Source: a virus. Taken from it: DNA of 6,326 bases. The stretch lies in UHGV virus genome UHGV-0210517; one strand, given 5' to 3'. Within the stretch, counting starts at the first letter, position 1. The number at the start of each line of letters is the position of its first letter. The translations under genes were made by a program, and so were the position numbers. Below the pieces are notes generated by a model. It was not told where the DNA came from. It did not search any database and worked only from the letters and a program-made list of their open reading frames with translations. Below, one piece after another: positions 1-6,043 of this stretch.

Positions 1-32
1 GTGTCTTTTATTGACACCTATTTTATTTTATT
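1..32 (+). terminator. Terminator-like hairpin spanning the circular junction (begins at 6323)
   Basis: ATAG (6323-6326) + GTGTC (1-5) pairs with GACACCTAT (13-21); loop TTTTATT; followed by TTTATTTTATT. Confidence 0.55.
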
Positions 33-42
33 GGAGTTATTT

Positions 43-2040
43 ATGCCTAGTACACAAATGCGTGATGTCAAAGACATCAAAGATTTAGTTCTTGAACAGA
101 CAATGGATCCTAAAGTTGGTCGTTCCGAGGTTAATATATCTTGTCGTAAATTCATGAATGGTGATATTGGTATGATTATGCCTATCGATATCTTTCCTGT
201 TATTCCCGGCGATTCTCTTAACATCGCTTGTCGGTATATTATTAATACTGAAGCTTTACAGGTCGTTCCTTTTACACGTTACAAAGTTCGTGTTCATTAT
301 TATTTTTCTGACTTAAATTCACTCTGGAAAGGTGCCCAGACTTTTGTTACAAAAGGTCGCAATTCTTCCATTAGCTTAAAAATGCCAACTTGGAAAATAT
401 CTGACTCTTTAAATTTCATATCTGATACTGATTATTCTATTTCTAATCATGAGAAAGTTTCTTACAATTCCCCTATGTCTTTAACAGCTTTCATGAAAGT
501 TCCTCCTACTGTTTTTGGTGGTGCTTCTAAAACTGCTAATCAGTTTGATTCTTATCTGCCTTTCTGTAGTATTCGTGGTACTGCCGGTACTGATTGGTTT
601 TATACTGGATATCATTATCCCTCTAAACTCAATCTTCTCCCTTACTTCATGTATCAAAAAATTTATCGTTTTAATTACCTTGCTAATAACCTTATGCAAT
701 CTAATAAGATTTGGTTTCCAGATGATTTGGCTGATGAATGGCGTATTTCTTATAGCGGAGATAATGTTTCCTGTCTTCGTGATTCAAGTGATGAGTCTTA
801 TCATGCTATGCCTTTCTTTGTTCCTTCTTCTTCTGCTTTACCAAAAGCAGCTGATGGTTTCAAATCCTCCTTTATTCCTATTGCTTCGGGCGTCAATGCT
901 GACAACTGTGTAAACCTTTTCTGTATGCGTTATTGTATGTACGGAAATGATATTTTCACAACTGCCTTACCTTGGCTTACTCGTGGTTCTGAACCAACAG
1001 TAGACAGTACTCTCTCTGCTGTTGATAACTTCGTTAAAGCTCAATTCCGCAATCCTGTTAATGGTGCATTTATAGCTGGCTCTGGTATTAATTATAATAA
1101 TGACTCTGAACATTCAGTTTCTTTTATTGGTCGTGATTACGTTTCTAAACTTACCATTCCTACTTTGGAAGGTAATGTTACTGGTCGTACTAATGCTAAA
1201 GTTCAAAGACCTTCTTCTTCTGGTGGTGAGCTCGGTGTTAATATTAATAACGTTCAAGTTAGGATGTCCCTTACCGCTAATCAGATTCGTAATTTACTTG
1301 CACTTTCTGTATTTCAAGAGAGGAATGCATTAACAAATGGAGACTACAATTCATTTATCCGTGCCCATTACGGACTTACACCAAAACAGCCCGATTATGA
1401 ACCTAAGTATATCGGCGGAACTTCTTCCTACATTGACTTTTCTGAAGTTATTCAGACTTCTGAAAGTGGAACGACTCCGCAAGGTCGTCAAACTGGATTA
1501 GGTTTTAACACCAATGAAGGTTTTATTGGTCATTTCCAGACTAATGATTTTGGTTATATTATGGCGGTTATGATGATTACTCCTGAAGTGTCTTATGTTC
1601 AAGGTCTTGAGCATTGGCAGTTTGATGATACTGCTGAAGACTTGTACTTCCCGGAGCGTGCTAATCTTTCATTTCAGCCTGTTCTTAATAAACAGATTTA
1701 TATTTCTGGCACTTCTGATGATGATGACCTTTTTGGATATTCAACTCGTTATGCTTATCTTAAACAGCGTGATGATTGTGTTACTGGTCTTTTATCTTTG
1801 CCTCCTAAACTGTTTGAAGGTACAAATACTGATTTACTTATGACAGCTTACACTCAAGCTCGTGTTTTTGAATCTTGCCCTAAGCTTTCGCAGCAGTTTT
1901 TAACCGTTGCTCCTAACAACATTCGCCGTGATTTTATGTTTGCTCCAAGTCAGCCACTTTTCCGCATTCAGGTTGCTTCTGATGTCAGAGGTTCTCGTTG
2001 TATTCCTTGGAGTAATACTCCTAATACTTTCGGTTTCTAA
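43..2040 (+). CDS. VP1: Microviridae major capsid protein (VP1/F-like), 665 aa
   Basis: Microvirus capsid-like motifs: PVIPGDS, LLPYFMYQKIY, DIFTTALPW, TANQIR...ERNA...YNSFIRAHYG, PKYIGG, FGYIM, FGYSTRYAYLK. Start moved from GTG at 1 to ATG at 43 because GGAG (33-36) precedes it and bases 1-21 belong to a hairpin. Confidence 0.95.
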   Translation: MPSTQMRDVKDIKDLVLEQTMDPKVGRSEVNISCRKFMNGDIGMIMPIDIFPVIPGDSLNIACRYIINTEALQVVPFTRYKVRVHYYFSDLNSLWKGAQTFVTKGRNSSISLKMPTWKISDSLNFISDTDYSISNHEKVSYNSPMSLTAFMKVPPTVFGGASKTANQFDSYLPFCSIRGTAGTDWFYTGYHYPSKLNLLPYFMYQKIYRFNYLANNLMQSNKIWFPDDLADEWRISYSGDNVSCLRDSSDESYHAMPFFVPSSSALPKAADGFKSSFIPIASGVNADNCVNLFCMRYCMYGNDIFTTALPWLTRGSEPTVDSTLSAVDNFVKAQFRNPVNGAFIAGSGINYNNDSEHSVSFIGRDYVSKLTIPTLEGNVTGRTNAKVQRPSSSGGELGVNINNVQVRMSLTANQIRNLLALSVFQERNALTNGDYNSFIRAHYGLTPKQPDYEPKYIGGTSSYIDFSEVIQTSESGTTPQGRQTGLGFNTNEGFIGHFQTNDFGYIMAVMMITPEVSYVQGLEHWQFDDTAEDLYFPERANLSFQPVLNKQIYISGTSDDDDLFGYSTRYAYLKQRDDCVTGLLSLPPKLFEGTNTDLLMTAYTQARVFESCPKLSQQFLTVAPNNIRRDFMFAPSQPLFRIQVASDVRGSRCIPWSNTPNTFGF

Positions 2041-2051
2041 GAGGTTTATTT

Positions 2052-2501
2052 ATGGCATTAACTACAAAACAATATTACGCTTCTATTTCTCGTGTTGGTT
2101 TTTCTGCTTGGAAATCTCTTCCTCCTCCAGTATACGACGATATTGTTGATAAGACTGATTTTCGCCCTGACGCTGAAACCGTTCGAGGTGCTTCAATTTC
2201 TTCTCTTCCAGCTATGAAGGGAGTTTATGATTATGAAGACGGTGAAGTTTCCGATAGTAAACGCCCTTCTGACATTATCATGGCTCTGCGTGAAGGCAAA
2301 CTTGACAAAGCTGACTTGCCTGCTATAGAATCTCAATTAAAAGAGGAGATTCAGAATGAAAATGATAAACTTCAGCAAAAAGCCGATGAAGCAGCCCTTG
2401 CAAGCATTTCTAAGGCTCGGCAAGATTATCTTGACAGCCTTACCGGCTTTGATAAAAATTCTGTCCCTAACGAACAAGGTCAAAACACAGGAGGAAAATA
2501 A
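2052..2501 (+). CDS. 149-aa protein, possibly internal scaffolding (VP3-like)
   Basis: GAGGT (2041-2045) 6 nt before ATG, directly after the VP1 stop. Acidic, predicted helical C-terminal half, size typical of VP3. The gene looks real; the function is inferred only from size, position and composition. Confidence 0.6.
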   Translation: MALTTKQYYASISRVGFSAWKSLPPPVYDDIVDKTDFRPDAETVRGASISSLPAMKGVYDYEDGEVSDSKRPSDIIMALREGKLDKADLPAIESQLKEEIQNENDKLQQKADEAALASISKARQDYLDSLTGFDKNSVPNEQGQNTGGK

Positions 2502-2602
2502 TGGATAAAAATAAGATTACTTTGACAATCAGTTTCATCATTACTGCATTGTCGTCTATTGGTAATTTGATTCTTGACTTGTTGTCCAAGATACCAAATT
2601 AA
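2501..2602 (+). CDS. 33-aa hydrophobic peptide MDKNKITLTISFIITALSSIGNLILDLLSKIPN (not in the ORF track)
   Basis: AGGAGG at 2489-2494; ATG overlaps the upstream stop (TAATG, 2499-2503); stop TAA at 2600-2602; uncharged residues 6-25. Confidence 0.8.
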   Translation: MDKNKITLTISFIITALSSIGNLILDLLSKIPN

Positions 2603-2610
2603 ACCATGCA

Positions 2611-2871
2611 GTTTTGCACACGTGAGTGTGTAAAACCCTCTAGGCTTTCCGCCTCGGCGGAAAGTGCATTCAGGGCTTTTCCACAATCTTTAGATTGTGG
2701 AAAAGAATGCCTCCAGTATTCCTGCTTCGTAACTTGTGGGAAACTCGGAGGCATTTTTTATTGCCGTAGAGTTTTCCATAAGTGTATTAAAGTCATTTCG
2801 CCAAAGATTCCGCCTTAGCGGAAGATTTAAGCGAAATGGCTGGTTGCATACATGAGTCCCGGCGAAGCCGG
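2611..2871 (+). other. Hairpin array; candidate complementary-strand origin and/or structured 3' RNA
   Basis: Inverted repeats: 2611-2621/2626-2636, 2645-2653/2656-2664, 2676-2689/2692-2705 (perfect 14 bp), 2706-2714/2747-2755, 2732-2746/2769-2783, 2791-2801/2831-2841 with inner 2808-2813/2818-2823, and 2859-2863/2867-2871. Confidence 0.7.
2706..2759 (+). terminator. Possible intrinsic terminator after the late genes
   Basis: AATGCCTCC (2706-2714) pairs with GGAGGCATT (2747-2755), with further imperfect inner pairing, running into TTTTTT (2754-2759). Longer than a typical terminator hairpin. Confidence 0.45.
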
Positions 2872-2958
2872 TCAAAATTTTCCCTTCTAAGCCACTCTAT
2901 TGGCTCTACAATCAATTTAATTTTAAAAAACGTTAATTTATATTATTTAGGTCTAAAA

Positions 2959-2989
2959 CGTGCGTGCGCGTGTCTCACGTGCGCGTACG
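2959..2989 (+). repeat. Alternating purine-pyrimidine inverted repeat
   Basis: CGTGCGTGCGCGTG-TCT-CACGTGCGCGTACG: 14-bp stem with three G-T wobbles, a GC island within AT-rich DNA. Confidence 0.8.
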
Positions 2990-3053
2990 ATGTTCTGACT
3001 AAATATATATACATTTGTTTCAAAAAACACTATACAGCGAAAAAATACAAAAT

Positions 3054-3093
3054 CTAGTATATTTACCGCCTCTTGATATGGTAAATATACTAG
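3054..3093 (+). other. Probable rolling-circle (plus-strand) origin; predicted nick between G3075 and A3076
   Basis: Perfect 14-bp inverted repeat CTAGTATATTTACC/GGTAAATATACTAG. The loop GCCTCTTGATAT contains CTTGATA (3072-3078), the nick core shared by phiX174 (CAACTTG^ATA) and pC194-family origins. Confidence 0.8.
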
Positions 3094-3195
3094 TCGAATT
3101 TTAATAAAAGTTATTAACCTTTTATAGTGCTTTTGTATAGGAAAAATTCCACTATACAACTTATAAAAAAAGTTCAATAATTTAAAATAAATGTA

Positions 3196-3224
3196 TTGAC
3201 ATTTTATTTTTTTTATGTTATATT
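3196..3224 (+). promoter_or_regulatory. sigma70/sigmaA promoter with extended -10
   Basis: TTGACA (3196-3201), 17-nt spacer, TG (3216-3217), TATATT (3219-3224). AT-rich UP-like tract upstream; GGAGG SD (3238-3242) and ATG 3250 downstream. Confidence 0.85.
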
Positions 3225-3249
3225 TTAATCATCAAACGGAGGTACGATT

Positions 3250-3459
3250 ATGAATAATCTTGAGTTTAGTAATTGTGAAATTTCACATTTACATAATGCT
3301 TTGACGACTGCTTTTTTCTACAGTCAGAAACAACTTTCTCATTGGTTAGAAGTAGCAGAAAAAAATCCTTCTGCTATGGCTTGTGTTAAAATGACAGAAT
3401 TGGAGATTTCCTTTTATTCTGATCTTCTCAAAAAACTTGAATCTGCTAGAGGTTTCTAA
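3250..3459 (+). CDS. 69-aa hypothetical protein, first gene after the promoter
   Basis: GGAGGT 6 nt before ATG; stop abuts the next ATG. Looks helical; no family recognised. Confidence 0.8.
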   Translation: MNNLEFSNCEISHLHNALTTAFFYSQKQLSHWLEVAEKNPSAMACVKMTELEISFYSDLLKKLESARGF

Positions 3460-3645
3460 ATGCAAAAGTCAGACAATGTTAATCAATCTTTTCGTTGTTC
3501 AAAAAATGAGCGTGATAGTTTTCAGAATAAATATCCTTACATGATGTCTCATTTTCTTCGCCATGCCCTTGTCAAAGCTCTCAATGATAAGGTATTCTTT
3601 AACTACGTTTGTTTTGAGAGCGATAATTCTATTTTGAAATATTAG
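3460..3645 (+). CDS. 61-aa protein, possible ribbon-helix-helix (CopG/Arc-like) DNA-binding protein
   Basis: GAGGT (3449-3453) 6 nt before ATG. Pattern VNQSFRCS (strand), KNERDSFQNKY (helix A), MSHFLRHALVKAL (helix B, SxxLRxAL). Confidence 0.6.
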   Translation: MQKSDNVNQSFRCSKNERDSFQNKYPYMMSHFLRHALVKALNDKVFFNYVCFESDNSILKY

Positions 3646-3655
3646 AGGTGTAAAT

Positions 3656-4594
3656 ATGGGTTGGAATCCTTTTAATGCTGTTAAAAAATATGTCTCAAAT
3701 CCTATGACCTGGCTTACAGGCGGTACTAACGTTCAGCTTGATTTAGCTGATAAAGGTTTACGGCGTTTTGGTGTTGACATTTTTGGTAATAAACAGCAAG
3801 AATTTAATAATAATATTGCTCAAGAAAACAATCAGCTTCAGAAGGATAGCTATAATTTTAACAAAAACCTTGCTTCTGAAACTCTTAATATAAATAAAGA
3901 TGTAACTTACAATGGCTCCCAGATTAAATCTGCTGACATGGCAAAAGCAGGATTAAATCCTCTTGCTGGTGTCAATGCCTCTCCTTCGACAATTTCATCT
4001 TCAAATGTTTCTAGTCCTAATCTTTCACAACCTAATTTAGTTGCCCAGACTGAATTGCAGAAAATTCAAACTGTTGCTGGTCTTGCTATGCAGGCAAAAC
4101 AGCTGCAATCTTCTTTAGCTTCTTCCGCTGTCAATGATGACGCTACTAAGGCACAAACTCGTTATCAGCAACTTGTTAACGATTATTTTGAAAAGCATGG
4201 TGTTTTACCTACACAGCAAAATGAATGGGTTGCTCAACTTCTTCCACTTATGGAAAAATACGGTGATACTGTTAAAGGTTTGCCTCAAAGCTTTATTGAT
4301 TCTCTTAATAACTTTAAAGCCCAGAAACAGCAGGAAAAAATTGATAGTATTGTCCAGAAAAATGAACAGAAAACACAACGGTCTTATAATCAAGGTAAGA
4401 CAGATAGCTATTATGGCAAAAAAACTATTAATTCTGCAAAATATGAGATTTCAAAGTATCCACCTAATGAAAAAGGTTTTATTGATTGGCGTAACTCTCG
4501 CCAAGGTCAGGAAATGATTAAACTTTACGGTTACTCTTCTGCTCGTGAATATTTCTTTGAGGAATCTAATAACTTTAGGAAGTATAACAAATGA
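3656..4594 (+). CDS. VP2: DNA pilot protein (VP2/H-like), 312 aa
   Basis: DMAKAGLNP motif typical of microvirus pilot proteins; Q/N/A/S-rich coiled-coil-like segments; GAGGT (3645-3649) 6 nt before ATG. Confidence 0.88.
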   Translation: MGWNPFNAVKKYVSNPMTWLTGGTNVQLDLADKGLRRFGVDIFGNKQQEFNNNIAQENNQLQKDSYNFNKNLASETLNINKDVTYNGSQIKSADMAKAGLNPLAGVNASPSTISSSNVSSPNLSQPNLVAQTELQKIQTVAGLAMQAKQLQSSLASSAVNDDATKAQTRYQQLVNDYFEKHGVLPTQQNEWVAQLLPLMEKYGDTVKGLPQSFIDSLNNFKAQKQQEKIDSIVQKNEQKTQRSYNQGKTDSYYGKKTINSAKYEISKYPPNEKGFIDWRNSRQGQEMIKLYGYSSAREYFFEESNNFRKYNK

Positions 4595-5067
4595 ATCCAC
4601 TTGAATTAAGGCATTCTGATTTCAAATACCTTTACTTTGATTCAGATTTACGTGAGATATTTAAGATTTCTAAGGAATTATCTGATGTTGTCAAGCTTAT
4701 CCAGAACAGATTTGTTCATAAGGAAAGTACACATATTGCTAAGAGTGTTTTTAATTATGTTGAAAAAAAAGATTTGCTTTATTATCAGCCGCAATTGTTT
4801 TATGACTTTCGCTTCGGTGATATTAGAATTTGTATCGCTCCTGATTATGATACTAAAAACCGCCTTCATCATTATTACATTCAGTTTCATAATTACAAGC
4901 CTGATTTCAATAATAAATACTTTGCTTCTTTGTTGAAAAAATACCATTATGGCTTTGACGGTCGTTTTTATATGTTTGATACTCTTGATGACGCTATTAA
5001 GCAGTTTAATGAGTTTGTACTTGATTGTATCAATGAGCGTATTTTACACTCTTTTAACTTCCGATGA
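4591..5067 (+). CDS. 158-aa hypothetical protein rich in F/Y/H/K/D
   Basis: Fills the VP2-VP4 gap exactly, with ATGA start/stop overlaps at both ends (4591-4594, 5064-5067); AGGA at 4577-4580. Confidence 0.8.
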   Translation: MNPLELRHSDFKYLYFDSDLREIFKISKELSDVVKLIQNRFVHKESTHIAKSVFNYVEKKDLLYYQPQLFYDFRFGDIRICIAPDYDTKNRLHHYYIQFHNYKPDFNNKYFASLLKKYHYGFDGRFYMFDTLDDAIKQFNEFVLDCINERILHSFNFR

Positions 5068-6032
5068 GTTGTCCTAGACCACAATTTTATCATGATATTA
5101 GAGATTACCGTGGTAATAAGGTGCCTATTCCTTGTGGCTATTGTCTTTCTTGTCGTATTGACAAGCGAATCTTATGGGAACAGAGATTGAAGTCTGAATA
5201 TGTTTCAAATTCTTCTTCGTTCGTAACTCTTACTTATGATGATAATCATTTGAGGTATATTAATGATAATTCATTTTATCCAACTACTGATTTTAATCAG
5301 CTTCATCGTTATGTTGATACTCTTCGCCACAAAGTTCGCTCACTCTCTTATAAAGATTTTTATATCAATCCGTCTTTTAAGGTTTTTGGTTGCACTGAAT
5401 ATGGTGATAGTTTTAACCGTCCTCATGCTCATCTCTTATTTTTTGGATTAGATTTTTCTAGGTGTTATAAGTTATTCAAAACTACCTGGAAGAATGGAAA
5501 TGTTAAGGTTTTACCGTTGCTTAGCGGTGGTATTCGTTATGTATTAAAGTATCTTGATAAGCAGCAGGATACTAAGGAGTTAATTCAGAAAAAATATCTT
5601 GACTATGGTATTGAGCCGCCCAGAAGGCTTATTGGTCGTAATATCGGAGTTGACTATATTATTTCGCAGATTCCCAATCTTAGGAAATACGGAATGTTTA
5701 AAGTTGGTGATAGGTTTATTCCTTGCCCTCAATATTACAAAAACAAATATCTTGAATACAATGATGACTATATCGAATTGCTTGACCGTAATTTTGATTT
5801 ACGTCAAAGAGATTTAAGAATTAAAGCCGAGAAGCTCGGATATTCTTCCGTTGAAAGGATGCTTGCTATCCAAACAACTGCTAAAGAGGAAGCAATTTAT
5901 TCTAAGCTTATGAATAATGCTGAATGTGCTCAAGATTACTTATCTTGTGTTCATCATCTTAGGCGTATGCCTAAATTAAAGTTATATCTTGTTGCTGAAA
6001 AAGCCCTGGATATTCCTGTTGATTTATTTTAG
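5064..6032 (+). CDS. VP4: Rolling-circle replication initiator (VP4, HUH endonuclease), 322 aa
   Basis: N-terminal C...IPCGYCLSCR, motif I FVTLTY, EYG...RPHAHLLFF (HUH motif II), motif III YVLKY with two tyrosines, and PQYY. Confidence 0.96.
   Translation: MSCPRPQFYHDIRDYRGNKVPIPCGYCLSCRIDKRILWEQRLKSEYVSNSSSFVTLTYDDNHLRYINDNSFYPTTDFNQLHRYVDTLRHKVRSLSYKDFYINPSFKVFGCTEYGDSFNRPHAHLLFFGLDFSRCYKLFKTTWKNGNVKVLPLLSGGIRYVLKYLDKQQDTKELIQKKYLDYGIEPPRRLIGRNIGVDYIISQIPNLRKYGMFKVGDRFIPCPQYYKNKYLEYNDDYIELLDRNFDLRQRDLRIKAEKLGYSSVERMLAIQTTAKEEAIYSKLMNNAECAQDYLSCVHHLRRMPKLKLYLVAEKALDIPVDLF
5263..5451 (+). CDS. Candidate overprinted 62-aa membrane protein in the +1 frame of VP4
   Basis: GAGGT (5252-5256) 6 nt before ATG, the same motif and spacing as four credible genes; two hydrophobic segments. 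Could be a codon-bias shadow ORF. Confidence 0.35.
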   Translation: MIIHFIQLLILISFIVMLILFATKFAHSLIKIFISIRLLRFLVALNMVIVLTVLMLISYFLD

Positions 6033-6043
6033 AGGTTTACAAA

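Noticed and set aside
11..40. TTGACA at 11-16 as a VP1 promoter
   Set aside because: No -10 hexamer at 16-18 nt spacing (GGAGTT, GAGTTA, AGTTAT).
1..42. VP1 start at GTG 1
   Set aside because: Window-edge call with no SD, inside the junction hairpin; ATG 43 has GGAG upstream.
515..2149. Hydrophobic +1-frame ORFs over VP1 (515-913, 1100-1333, 1595-1843, 1907-2149)
   Set aside because: Expected from T-rich third codon positions; no well-spaced SD (GGAG at 757-760 is only 3 nt from ATG 764). An E-like gene here is not strictly excluded.
2606..3057. ORFs 2606-2818 and 2836-3057
   Set aside because: No SD, and they run through dense inverted repeats of the control region.
3196..3223. dif-like integration site (TTATGTTATAT at 3213-3223 resembles the XerD arm TTATGTTAAAT)
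   Set aside because: No XerC-like arm 6 nt upstream; the match is explained by the extended -10 promoter element.
2603..3249. CRISPR mini-array or tRNA in the non-coding region
   Set aside because: No regularly spaced direct repeats and no cloverleaf or T-loop signature seen.
18..4947. All minus-strand ORFs
   Set aside because: Short, antisense to credible genes or hairpins, with no recognisable products; microvirus genes are normally co-oriented.
5553..5559. Second CTTGATA inside VP4 as the origin
   Set aside because: Encodes part of KYLDK next to motif III and has no flanking inverted repeat; the 3072 copy is better supported, though phiX174 does have its origin within gene A.
4134..5817. 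Shadow ORFs 4134-4517, 4637-4936 and 5599-5817
   Set aside because: Same codon-bias artefact, with no convincing SD.
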